From Microthyrium microscopicum (taxonomy: Eukaryota): a stretch of 64,000 nt of DNA. Positions 13,970 to 27,300 of the stretch are shown piece by piece; the stretch's first letter is position 1; every line of letters starts with the position of its first letter. The position numbers were made by a program, and so were the translations under genes. The notes beneath the pieces are model-generated. The model saw only the letters and a list, made by a program, of their open reading frames with translations, was not told the DNA's origin and ran no database searches. The DNA lies in the NCBI GenBank assembly GCA_010405405.1, contig MU004233.1:1800566-1864565 (forward strand), written 5' to 3'.

Positions 13970-14640
13970 CATTACTACCTAGCTAGTAAGGCAATAAGTA
14001 CAACTAACAATATACATATTTTAACATTACACAAGTCAACAATCGCCTATGCACTATTCATGTATTAGCTATAGTCAATAGAGTTATTCGCATTAAGTTC
14101 AAAACAATTCACAAAAGACGCACTTCTTAATACAACCTACTAAGGTATAGATCCCAACTACACGTAGGTCGGTGCTTCATTTAGTCCACTTAGAACCATA
14201 GTCTTATAATTTTAAGGCCAAACGCCTGCAAGAAATGCGACATTCCAAAGCTCCAGCAGACTAATTCCCGTACAGTAGTCTTCTCTAAAAAGTTAGGTCC
14301 ATCGTCCATCGTTATTCAGACACTCAAAGTCAAGCTACGTATTGTCGAGAAGACTACCATTAAGCCATTCAGCAAGGTTATAGATTACAGTAAATAGTTC
14401 CCTATATTCCTTACTATTGCTATAGTATTTTAGGTATCGCTTCTTCAGATCTCAAGCAATACTCATTCAAATAGCCTTTAGCTTATTTTATAGCGTTTTC
14501 AGATTCAACTCTGCTCGCAACAACTTAGCATTATTATTTAACTCTTTAGAGTTTTTAAGTCCGCTAACAGTCCATTCTTAGCGTAGAGCAGCTTCGTCAT
14601 ATTTGCTAGACTCAAAATAATAGAAGGTTAAACTAGTCAT
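13970..14640 (-). pseudogene. RIP-inactivated gene relic, unknown product
   Basis: Continuous minus frame (…AKLLRAELNLK…IYNLAEWLNGSLLDNT*LDFECLNNDGRWT*LFREDYCTGISLLELWNVAFLAGVWP…) with C->T-type stops. Confidence 0.45.
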
Positions 14641-15223
14641 ATTTAGATAAACCGCGTTTATATAGGAGTAAGATTTTTATTAGCTTTTATTCGCGTATTA
14701 GATTATTATAGCGTTTAAGAACGATAGTAAACTTAGGCGAGTAGAGTATAATTAACTTATTCATAGTAGTATTAAATATACTTACAAGTAATGCAATAGT
14801 AGTTATTTTGCAGCAAGAATAATAAACAATTATAAGTAAACTAAGTAAGGAACGCGACGATAGAACTATACGCTAATACTAGTTTAAGGTTAACGCTAAG
14901 TTTCCTAGAGCATTCCTTATAGAACGTCAATTCACTAACTTTAACTCATTACATTATAGCAAGTAGCGCCATTATAATAAAAGAAAGCGTATATAACTAT
15001 ATTACTATATATACTCCCAGGTAAGTAGTTAACAAGAAAACAAGGATAAGAAAGCAATATTTTATATTCATTAGACTCAAGGTTATAAAAGTAAACTACT
15101 ACGTATGCAAATCATTCAATTACTTTTACTATTTTACATACTAATAAGGTATCCATTAATGATTAAAACCTGTCGCAACTAAACTAGACATTAGATATAT
15201 CTACCCTTAGTTCAATTATCGTC

Positions 15224-15913
15224 CTACTCTTCCTCCTCATCTATACTTAACAGTTCTTCGTATTGCATAGCCTCATCATCATCCAATTCCTCTTGCTTAG
15301 TCTCAGTATCGTTCTCGTAGGGATAGCCATCTGTTTCCTCCCTATCTTCTACCTTAAGATCAATAGCATCTTCGCTTTCATAGTCGTCCAAGTCTTCTCC
15401 TTCTTCGCTGTCATCCTTACTCTCATTATCCCCATCAGCCAGTATTAGTACATATGTAGCTTCGACAGTAGCATAGCCAAACCCAGTACTGTACCCAGCA
15501 CTCAACAACTTTGCCCATCATGCCTCGTTGTTATTACAAAAGAAAGTCAGCTAAGCAGTAAGAGATAGTCTACCCATCTACGTTTTAGCATAGTTATAAA
15601 TCGCAATAAAAAGTTCTTCAAACTCCTTCTTATTAGCATATTATAACCCTATAAAATATCTATCAATATCTCAACCAATACTAGCTCGAATTGCAATTAA
15701 GTAGTCTTATTAGTATTTAAGATCCAACAGTACAATTCAAAGTTTGTTATAGTTCGTTTTTCTAAAAAATCTAAGGTCAACAATTTACTTTTCAAGTAAC
15801 ATAGCTTCTTTATCATAATTGCTAGATCTATAGTATTAAAAGGAAGACTAGGTTCAGAGGGTAATTATAACCCGTAGGCTAGTAGTAGTAACAAGATACA
15901 TTAAACGTAGCAT
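15224..15913 (-). pseudogene. RIP-inactivated gene relic with acidic C-terminal tail
   Basis: ORF 15224-15508 (D/E-rich tail) extends in frame upstream to an ATG at ~15,913 through TAA/TAG/TGA stops (…ANKKEFEELFIAIYNYAKT…). Confidence 0.5.
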
Positions 15914-16929
15914 TTTTATAGTTAAGGGAGTACTATATATATAATACTACTAATGCTTCGTAGTAAGGGAATTCAAGCTTTCAAGAAGAGAGTTAGTAGA
16001 AATATTAAGATAGAGGAAGAGTTTGAATAGGTAAAAGAGCTTAAGGCAGATTATTAAGTATTAGAACATAAAGCAATAGGTTACAAAACTAGTTTAGTAT
16101 TAGTTATAGTTACCTATACCGTTTTTACCTACTAATTCGCTACACGCTAGCACGCTTTTTTTTACTAGTAGCGCTTTCAACTTAGGCAGTAACTCGCTAT
16201 TACCTAATAATAATCTTAGTCTAAAAACCCACGCTACTATATTACATATTAGCAGGTAAAAACGATAAGCATACCTATAGGATAGCTAACATTAAACCGT
16301 CCTTTCTACATTAGTTAGCTAAGGATACTATCATTCTATATATATATATAAGATATAACTTAATTACTATTTACGTAATACGCGAGCATAAAATATAGCG
16401 TAGTATCATTACAGTCAATAAATAAGTACTTCCCTATAGCTACGCATAGTGTTTGCTAGAGTATATATATTACACTAAGGTTATAGAAACAAGCTATCTA
16501 CTAACTTTATTTTATCTTAAAAGCGCGTTTAATTTCGCTACTAATATAAATTACTAAACAATATATAGAGACTTAACTTTCTATGCCAACTCTTATATTA
16601 TATAGTATTTAGGCTACAATCTATATTAGTTCAAGTTTCGTATGGGGAATATCTTAAATTCTTATAACTTAGTTAAGTTATTATTATCAAGATCGCTATT
16701 CTATTAATACCTAGATAGCAAATATACACTAGAGTACAGGCTATAAAAATACAAAGTTTCCAAACTCAGCTTACAGTATAGTAATATTTATCAAGTAGAT
16801 AATCCTTACTTAAACTTCACTATCGTCGCTAGCTACTATTAATCATCACCTTTACTATCGTCACCCAAGTTAGTTCTACGCACCTTGCCTACAATTTGCT
16901 CTTTAATATATGCGTCAACCACATACTAT

Positions 16930-17800
16930 TTAGACTACGATTAGCAAGTACTATTATAATAGAGCAGTAGTATAACCTACATAAGCTAGATTCTTGCCCC
17001 AATTACCTTTAACCTAAAGTACTAGAGCGGAATGTATTACAATACTATTACCTACCTCAGTTTCATAATTATTACCACTCTTATAAGTAAGCATTCTAAC
17101 GAGACGCGATTTATTAGCCTTAGATGTCTATTTTAACGAAGCAGTATCCTAATCCAGTTCAATACTTATCAAACTAGCAGTCATTATATTTAAAGCCAAA
17201 CTAGCCTCCTCATTGCTATTAGTCTCAGACAGCATTACGCTCTAAAAACTATAAGGACCAAAGTGTTAGTAGTTAGTCGTCAAATCCAACTCGTATTGCG
17301 GTAGAGATACAACGCTCAAGCTATTATTAATTCCAGTACTACTATCTACAGATAGATCATCTTAAAATCTCTAGGTTTCCGCCTTTAATACACCCCTACG
17401 AGCGTCGCGCTCCCATTTATGCTCTTAAATCTATTTACATAGTTTACAAATCTAATCCTCATTAGTAGGCTAGAGGTCATCAAGATAAAATTAAACTTAC
17501 TACATTATCAAGGTCTTTTTTAGCGCTTTTAGAGAACTCATCTTTATATTTAGTTATCTCACATTGCACGCATTCTAGGAAACGGTTTACCTAATTCTTA
17601 GCTATAGTGCATTCAAGACATCAAATATAGCCAGTATATCTACGTAGAAGAGCCCCTTAGGCTCAAGTTAATTAGCCATCGCTAAATGCGCTTAGGGGCC
17701 TATAATAGCGGCATTCCTAGCAAAGAAAACTAGTTTATATTTAGCAAGTTAATTTCTAGTTCCATACAGCACAACTAAACTTACCCTTACGATTAAAGTG
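16930..17800 (-). pseudogene. RIP-inactivated gene relic, unknown product
   Basis: Long single minus frame (…KLVFFARNAAIIGP*AHLAMAN*LEPKGLFYVDILAIFDVL…EHKWERDARRGVLKAE…) interrupted by TAA/TAG at probable Gln codons. Confidence 0.45.
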
Positions 17801-18499
17801 CTAGATCGTAAGGCATCTTATATTAGACTAGTTTATTACAGTAAACGTAAAGATTAAGAAATACAAATCATTAATATAAACAGAGGTCAATAACAGAATA
17901 GGAGAAGTTGTCGTAACAGAAGTAGACTATAGTGAAACTTTAAAGTTAAAAAGACAATCAACCAATTATTAACCCTAACAAGTCCAATAAATAATATAGT
18001 AATAGTAATAGAAGAAGGAGAGGTAGAGTAGCTACAGATAGAAGCTTATATATATATAGAAAACCTTAGCGGCAGCAGGGTACTCTATAATAATAGCAGA
18101 CAACAACACTATTACTACTTACTAGGTATACAGACCGCAAAGCTATATTAACCTACATAACTTAATTTTGCAAGTCAATTAAGAGGTTACTATATTCATT
18201 AGAGGGGTAGTATTATATATATATTAAAAGAGTATATACAGTCTACTATCCATAATAGGCAAACTTTAAAGCACGCCAATTAGAGAGTTACCTAGAACTA
18301 TATATTATAACTTCAATCCAATCTTTTAAAGAATATAAACTAACGCGAGGACCCTAGTATACAAGTCTAGTGCGACAAAAAGTCTACACTTAATATTTTA
18401 CAATGTTCGCAGTTTTTAGAAATGTTGCTAATTCCTAAGTCTAGATATCTACAGCTATGCCTAAGTAATAGATAAAGTATATAGATAGGTATTTTATAG

Positions 18500-18592
18500 C
18501 GTATGCTACCTCTATTAGTTTTGCGCTACCCTCTATTAGTTTTACGTTACCCTCCATTAGTTTTACGCCACCCCCTATTAGTTTTGCGCTAT
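18500..18592. repeat. 21-bp tandem repeat (~4-5 copies)
   Basis: Unit ~ttttgcgctaccctctattag repeated head-to-tail; it explains the LLVLRYP repeat in ORF 18503-18730. Confidence 0.85.
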
Positions 18593-20049
18593 ATTTTGCA
18601 CCAAAACTATAGTACGCTCACTTTACTTTACAGCATTAGCTACACGCTTAAAGTTGATATTATTACTTATTACGAATACAATTTAAATTCATGTTTATTA
18701 AGTTACCTTATCGTCTCAATTCATTATTAGCCTACCAAATAGCCTAGGTACTACATAGGCCTACCCTAACTACACGGACGCCCTTCAGCAATGTCAATTT
18801 CAAGACTAGACATCTATAGACCAATATATTTTTATTTACTAAACTACATTATACTTTCCAACTAGTCCAAAGTTCTACAAAATCCTATAACTAGTTAGCT
18901 AAATAAACTATAAATTCAGCAAGCGCATAGAGTATTCTTATACCTTAACCGTAACTAAATAAGACATTAATTCATTCAATTCTTAAATTATTTAAAGAAT
19001 GCTAGTAAACAATATTTCAGGTCTAGGAATAAAATTAAATACTATTATAACAGTTAGATATATACTTAGATTGCATTAAGTTAACTTCGAAATGCTTACT
19101 GTTCTATAGTATAACCTATCTTATATTACTCAGTAATAAGAACAGCCTAGCAACCATAGTTCCAGTCATAGGCAAATAGCTTTAATAGAGTAGGACGACC
19201 CGCAAGAGTGCTACGTAGACTATAGGCATTACAGTATACAGCAACAAACAACTTATTAAACTCCTTAGTGCCACGACGTAGGCTAATAAACCAGGATTTA
19301 AGTTAGTCAGATATAGCTTGACAGACACTAGTAATAATCTTTTAGAGACGAGTAAGATCTACTTATAGAATCAACAAGCTACAAGCCACGGAAAAATTAT
19401 TAACTTTACGCATATTTACGATAAATTCCTTATGCTAGACAACGCAAGACTTATATACACATTACTTATCAATATAATTAAAGCTAGACTAAGGGAAGGT
19501 TATATTATATACGCGCAATATAATAGTCTAAGAAACGCTCATCATTAACGTATACGTACGCGCGAAAATAAAAACGAGAATATAACGACGCTAGGACCTA
19601 TATCATAATAAGCGTACAAATTACAATAAGAATTACAACTTTAAGTATTATCATCGCGCATTTCAAGCGAAGGTAAAATATTTAGAGAAATAAGAGAAGA
19701 TTATACTTACTTTTAATAAACTATAAGAATAACTTATAAAAGTCACAATATAAAAAAGTAAGGAGAGTAGTTTTTAAAAGATTTAGAGATTAAACCTTCA
19801 AGAAGAACTAAAGACTACTAAATATATTAGCACGCTAAGTTAGTACAAACTTACGTGCTTCAGAAAGACAAGAAAGAAAATATAATAACTTACTAAGATT
19901 AGATTAGAGTATACGTCATTACGCTAGAGATAAGATAGGAAGAGTTTTCTAGTATCTTTTAAACATATATAAGACGAAAACAATTATAGAGACTAGTAGT
20001 TTTCGGCTGCTACAGAAGAGGCTTAAGTAGTCTAGTACCTTTTAAATAG

Positions 20050-21462
20050 TAGAACATTACACTACTAGAGACTTCTAGAATATATATAATAGTAGTTACT
20101 AGTACATTTAGTATATTAACTTCCTAGTAGCTTATTACGTAAAATATTATAGTAGAAACTTCTATAGTATGCATAATAGTAGTTACTAATACATTTAGTA
20201 TATTTCTATCCTAGTAGCATATTACGTAAAACATTATAGTAGAGACTTCTAGAGTATGTATAATAGTAGTTACTAATACATTTAGTATATTCCTATTATA
20301 GTAGCATATAGCGTTAAACGTTATAGTAGAGACTTCTATAGTATACATAATAGTAGTTACTAATATATTTAGTATATTCTTATCCTAGTAGTATATTACG
20401 TAAAACGTTATAGTAGAGACTTCTAGAGTATATATAATAGTAGTTACTAATACATTTAGTATATTCCTATTATAGTAGCATATAGCATTAAACGTTATAG
20501 TAGAGACTTCTATAGTATATATAATAGTAGTTACTAATATATTTAGTATATTCCTATTATAGTAGCGTATAGCGTTAAACGTTATAGTAGAGACTTCTAT
20601 AGTATGCATACTAGTAGTTACTAATATATTTAGTATATTCTCATCCTAGTAGCGTATAGCGTTAAACGTTATAGTAAAGACTTCTATAGTATACATACTA
20701 GTAGTAACTAGCATATTTAGTAGCTTAACCTCCTAGTACCGTATTATATAAAACGTTACGTTAGGGACTTCTAGAGTATACATACTAGTAGTTACTAGAA
20801 TATTTAGTATCTTTACGTTCTAGTAGCGTATTGCGTAAAACGTTATAGTAGAGACTTCTAAAGTATGCATACTAGTAGTAACTAGTATATTTAGTAGCTT
20901 AACCTCCTAGTAGCGTATTATATAAAACGTTATATTAGGAACTTCTAGAGTATATATACTAGTAGTTACTAGAACATTTAGTATCTTTACGTCCTAGTAG
21001 CATATTATATAAAACGTCGTATTAGAGACTTCTAGAGTATGCATACTAGTAGTTACTAGAACATTTAGTTCCTTTACGTCCTAGTAGCGTATTACGTAAA
21101 ACGTTATAGTAGAGACTTCTAGAGTATACATACTAGTAATTACTAACATATTTAGTATATTTCTATCCTAGTAGCGTATAGCGTAAAATAGTATAGTAGA
21201 GACTTCTAGAGTATATATACTAGTAGTAACTAGTATATTTAGTAGCTTAACCTTCTAGTAGCGTATTATATAAAACGTTACGTTAGGGACTTCTAGAGTA
21301 TACATACTAGTAGTTACTAGCATATTTAGTAGCTTAACCTCCTAGTAGCGTATTATATAAAACGTCGTATTAGGGACTTCTAGAGTATACATACTAGTAG
21401 TTACTAGAATATTTAGTATCTTTACATCCTAGTAGCGTATTACGTAAAACGTTATAGTAGAG
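20050..21462. repeat. 87-bp tandem array (~16 copies, runs into assembly gap)
   Basis: Motif agtaga[g/a]acttct recurs at 20,151, 20,238, 20,325…, a period of 87 bp (29 codons). Copies differ mostly by transitions. Confidence 0.92.
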
Positions 21463-22307
21463 NNNNNNNNNNNNNNNNNNNNNNNNNNNNNNNNNNNNNN
21501 NNNNNNNNNNNNNNNNNNNNNNNNNNNNNNNNNNNNNNNNNNNNNNNNNNNNNNNNNNNNNNNNNNNNNNNNNNNNNNNNNNNNNNNNNNNNNNNNNNNN
21601 NNNNNNNNNNNNNNNNNNNNNNNNNNNNNNNNNNNNNNNNNNNNNNNNNNNNNNNNNNNNNNNNNNNNNNNNNNNNNNNNNNNNNNNNNNNNNNNNNNNN
21701 NNNNNNNNNNNNNNNNNNNNNNNNNNNNNNNNNNNNNNNNNNNNNNNNNNNNNNNNNNNNNNNNNNNNNNNNNNNNNNNNNNNNNNNNNNNNNNNNNNNN
21801 NNNNNNNNNNNNNNNNNNNNNNNNNNNNNNNNNNNNNNNNNNNNNNNNNNNNNNNNNNNNNNNNNNNNNNNNNNNNNNNNNNNNNNNNNNNNNNNNNNNN
21901 NNNNNNNNNNNNNNNNNNNNNNNNNNNNNNNNNNNNNNNNNNNNNNNNNNNNNNNNNNNNNNNNNNNNNNNNNNNNNNNNNNNNNNNNNNNNNNNNNNNN
22001 NNNNNNNNNNNNNNNNNNNNNNNNNNNNNNNNNNNNNNNNNNNNNNNNNNNNNNNNNNNNNNNNNNNNNNNNNNNNNNNNNNNNNNNNNNNNNNNNNNNN
22101 NNNNNNNNNNNNNNNNNNNNNNNNNNNNNNNNNNNNNNNNNNNNNNNNNNNNNNNNNNNNNNNNNNNNNNNNNNNNNNNNNNNNNNNNNNNNNNNNNNNN
22201 NNNNNNNNNNNNNNNNNNNNNNNNNNNNNNNNNNNNNNNNNNNNNNNNNNNNNNNNNNNNNNNNNNNNNNNNNNNNNNNNNNNNNNNNNNNNNNNNNNNN
22301 NNNNNNN
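21463..22307. other. Assembly gap (N run)
   Basis: Run of n. Further gaps lie at 30,675-31,424 and 32,511-32,520. Confidence 1.
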
Positions 22308-24120
22308 TAATATTATTATATAAATTATAAGTTTTTAATATTAGTAGTAATAACTCCTTTATATAGTATAATAAAGGTATAAAACGCTTTAAATAGTAAA
22401 TAATTAGTAGACTTAAGTTTTAATTAAAGATACTTTATTTAACTAAGTATCTTTTACTATACTATATTTATATTATATATTAGTAAACTAGATATTTATA
22501 TCCTTATCTATATTAACTATTATAAACTTAATAAAAATACGCTAAGTAACTAAAATATACTCTTACTTTTAATAGAAACTTTAATAAAAAGTTATAAAAT
22601 AAATTTCTTTTTATAAGTTAACGTTCTTAACGCTATATTTAATAATATTTTAATTTATAGAGAAGATAAATATAAGACTACGTTTTTAATACGCTATAAA
22701 TCTTTTAAAACTTTAGTAAAACTATTTAATATAATAGAATTACTAAGAAGCTTTTAATTATAAATTAATAGATATATATATAAATATCTTAAGAACTTTA
22801 TTATAGTTTACCTCTATAACGTTATTATTTAAAGTAAGATAAAGTAAGACTAAAAATAGACTTTATTTTAATATATTTAAATCTAAGTTTATAATCTAAG
22901 TAGTTAAAAACTTTAGTATTATTATTATATCTAATCTAATTCTTTATTATTTTAACTTTAATATTAAGACCTAGATTAAAATTAACGCCTTTAACTAAAT
23001 AGTAGTAACTATTCTTTTATAAAAAGGCGTAGATAGTAAGCTTTATTTAATAACTTTTCCTTTTAAAAAGGTACTACTACTAAAATATAATTATAATATT
23101 TATAATAAAGAGGCTACTTATAATTATATAAACATTTAAAAAATTAAAAGTAAAATTAGTTTTAATTATTTACCTTTTATAAGTTTTTATTAACTACTTA
23201 AACTATAACTAAGAAGCTATCTTACTATTAAGCTTAATAGATAGAATTCTACTTCTAATTATAGTTTAAGAATAAATATTATAATAGGCTTTCTAATATA
23301 AAAGTAGAAATACTAAATTAGAGATTATAATATTTTCTAAAATCTAATAATAACTTATAAATTACGTAGTAAATATTACTGTTTTTTTCCTTTTATAAGT
23401 TTAATACTTATTATACTATTAATATTATTATTTTTCTTATTAATAGTAAATAAGTATTCTTATATTTCTTTTAACTTTATAGTTACCTTATAGTTACTTT
23501 ACTATATTATATCTACTTTAGAACTACTATTATTATAATATAGTTACTATAAATAAACTTATATATATCTAATAGTTTATATTTCTTTCTAATTAGAGTA
23601 TATAGATAATACTTTTTATATTTCTTAACTAAATATAAAAGTCTACTAAATAGTTTAACTTAACCTTTTTTAGTTATAGTTTATAATATATATTTATATT
23701 TTAGTAATACTTTTATAAGCGTATTAGTATTATTATTTATATAATTACGAATTAATATCTATAGAGTAATAGTATTATATAAATATTAGTTAAATTGCTA
23801 AAAGCTAACTTTAAATACTACTTTAATTTTTATACTTATAATTAATACTACTAAGATTTATTTATAATTTAGTATTACTACTACTTTAACTACTATAATA
23901 TTATTTCTTTCTTTTAAAGAAGTAAGAAAGATAAATTAAGTCTAAGAATAAAGTATAATTAAAGCTAAAACGTATAAAGAAACTATAAATCTTTTTTTTA
24001 AAGTTATTAAATATAAAAATACTAAAAATAAAATTAAAATAAAGTAAAATAATATAAAGAATTACTATAAAATAATATAAAAAGAATAAGTATATTTAAA
24101 GAACTATTTTAAATATAAAA
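22308..24120 (+). mobile_element. Heavily degraded, internally deleted Ty3/Gypsy pol relic (RT and RNase H), apparently a different family from the neighbouring element
   Basis: ~22,620-22,840 reads REDKYKTTFLIRYKSFKTLV…KNFIIVYLYNVII (cf. EDEWKTAFxTRYGxFExLVMPFG…FVxVYLDDILI). ~23,000-23,120 reads …KYNYNIYNKE (cf. ECNYEIYDKELLA, RNase H). Confidence 0.75.
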
Positions 24121-24339
24121 TATAATAATTCTTTATAGTACTAAGTATTAAGAAAGATTTTAGTATTATAAAATTATACGCTAGACTTAGAAGGGTTAGC
24201 GCGTCTAATGTTCTATTAAGTAAACTTATTTCCCTTATAAATCTATAATAGTTCTAAATCTTCTTTTTCTATTCTTTATATATAGATTTTTAAATACTAG
24301 CTAATTATCTACTTACTCTAAGTTCTACTACTCGTTATA
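24121..24339 (+). repeat. 5' LTR of Gypsy element
   Basis: tataataattctttatagtactaagtattaagaaagat…ctaagttctactactcgttata; homologous to 31,759-31,974 and 36,867-37,085. Confidence 0.9.
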
Positions 24340-27300
24340 TAATTTATATACCTTAAAACTGTTACATACTTATACTACGTATTAAAAAAGCTTTAAATTA
24401 TTTAGTATAATTAATATCCTATTACTTTCTATATAGGTAATATCCTATTATACTAAATACGTAAGACTTTAAAATTTTAAGCCCTACTTTAAAATCTAAA
24501 AATACTATAGCTAATTAGTATATTAGAATTTCCTAATACTAACTGCCCTAATTAATATTAGACTAATAAAAAGGTCTACGTTTTAATTATTCTTTAATTA
24601 CTTACGTATAGAAATACTAAATTTATCTCTTTTACTATAATCTCTTTAAATACTACTTCTAAACTAAAATCATTCTTAACTCTAATTTTTTTTATAATAC
24701 TTATTAATTAAAGACTCTAAAAAAGCTAGTAAGAAACTATTGCTATTATAAGTAATTAAAAATCCTTTACTATCCTAGAGTAGATATAAAATAGATAGTT
24801 ATTTATACTAATTCCTATTACCTTAGTATAAAGCTAACTAGCTTAATTGTTATTAATCTCTATTTTCTTTATATTACTTATTAATTTTAGGTTACCCTTC
24901 TATTACGCTAGATATTAGCTAGTTAGATACTTAGAATACTATATAAATATTATAATCTATAGAAAAGCTACCTATACGTAACTAAGAACTATAGAAACTA
25001 TTAGTAAACTTTAATAAAGATAATAATAATTAGCTACTTAGGTTATTATAAAAAGAAAGTAAGAAGAAAGCCTTAATTTATAACGATAAAAGACTAGAAC
25101 CCTTAAAAAAGTATATTAAAAACACTACTTATAAAGTAGATAAGGAATCTAGAAGTAAAAAGGAAGGTAATATTACTAAAATATATAGAATCTTTAAGAA
25201 TAACATAAGTTTACTATAAGTAATTATTAAATAATTAGTAACTATATAAAGAACCTAGAATTAGTATATATCCCTCTAATATTTAAGAGCTACTATATAG
25301 TTATAGTAAACTTAAACTATATTATTAATTTTCTAGTAGATTACAAACTATTATAATTATAAGCTATAACGTACTAAGCAGCGCCTAGTAAAGAATATTA
25401 GAAGTTAGAGCTAGCCTTACTAATAGCGCAAAAGACTCTAAATAATTTAGAATTACTATATTATAACTACTTTATTGTCTAATTTAGCTAAAGCCTTACC
25501 CGTACTCTAAAAGGTAGCTTAGACCTAAATAAATTTATTATAATACTATTTAACTACTACTTAAAGATATAGGCTATATCCTACCTTTATAATATAGAAT
25601 AAGATATAAATATATTCTAAGCTAAGTATTTAAGTAAAGAGAAAGCCTATAGCGCCTAGTTAAAAAAAGACGTAAAATAAAACTAGAACTTAGTAGACGT
25701 TATTATAAAAGTAAATAAAGATTATTAAGTAGAAATCCTATAGCTAAATAGTAAAATCTATAATAGTAACGTCTCTCTTAATAAGTAAGTTGCTACTTAT
25801 AAAACTATAAACAATCTTTAATATAATAACGCCTTTCTAAAAGATACTATTACGTTCTAATTTTTAAAGCTAGATTAGTTCTAAACTATACTTTAGTAGA
25901 AAGTTAATAAAGTTACTATACTTTAAGTATAAGTTAAAGCCCTTTAGAAGTTAAAGGTACCTAAAAAGATAACTAACCCTTATACTAATTTTAATAAGAA
26001 TGCTAATAATAACTTACTATACTATTTATTAGTAGATTATAATTAGATAAACTTAAACTACTAGTCCCTATATAGAAGTACTATACCTTATTAATTTACT
26101 TCTAATTTCTTAACCTATACTATAAGTAAAAGTTTTAAAAAATAAGGAGAAAAGCCTACTAAGTTTAATAAAAAGAATAAGAAAAAGTACTACGTTTAGA
26201 AAGCTAAAGCGCTTAATTATCTTAATAAGAACGTACTTATATACGATAAAGAACTATTTAAGATTCATTTAATTTAAGAATAAACAGATAAGTAAGTCTT
26301 TACTATAATTAAGAAGTAAAGCAAGTAAAATTCTTATAACCTCTACCTTTATTCTAAAAAGGTATAAGTAAACCTAGACTATAAATATACTACTAAGATC
26401 TAAAAAGGTATAAGTAAACCTAGACTATAAATATACTACTAAGAATAAGTTTATAAAGGCTAAAGCCTAGCTTAAAATACTAGAAGCTTAATTAAAGGTA
26501 TTAAAAAAGATAAAAAAGAATACCTTACTTACTTATTCTCTAATTCTTACGAAGTAAGATTATTAAATAAAGAAAAGATTATTAAACTATACAACTTATT
26601 ACTAAAGCGTTTTACTAATTAACTACTATTTATTAAACTAGACTCTTACTTTAAGTTTATTAATAAACTCTATAAGATATCTTACTAAATAAAATACTAA
26701 CCTTTTACTAAAACTAATAATAATAGCTATACTAACTCTAATAGCTCTTATAAGAGATATAGAAATAAAAGTTAAGTAAATTTTAATAGTAGTAATAGTA
26801 GCTATAATAATACGACTAATAATAATAGTAAAATTATACGTTTATAAGAAGTCTTCTACGCTATATAAAAAAATAATCGCTATATCTAATATAAAGAGTA
26901 AGGGTATAGCTATTAGAAAGTAAATATACTATATATAAGTAAAAATCCTCTTTTTAATACTAAAATATACGCTAAAGTTATTTATATAGCTACTGCCTTT
27001 ATTATAGTATTTATATAACTTAACTCTAATTTTTCTTATACTAATAATAGCTTAGCAAACTAAAAGCTTCTCTATATAAATACGTAAAGGAGCTAAATAA
27101 GTAAAAAGTATATAACTATTAAAAAAAGAAGAAATACTAAGTCTACGTATTAGATTTAGAAGATAAGCTAGAAACTATCTTTACTACTAATAAAATATTA
27201 AAATACTAAGCTTATATATTTAACCCTAACTTAGATAATAAGGAAAGGGATAAAAACGTACTTAATTATAACTTTAACTTTAACCTAGAGCTAAATATAA

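Noticed and set aside
20050..21462. CRISPR-like array
   Set aside because: The whole 87-bp unit is repeated with no unique spacers, there are no cas genes, and the context is eukaryotic.
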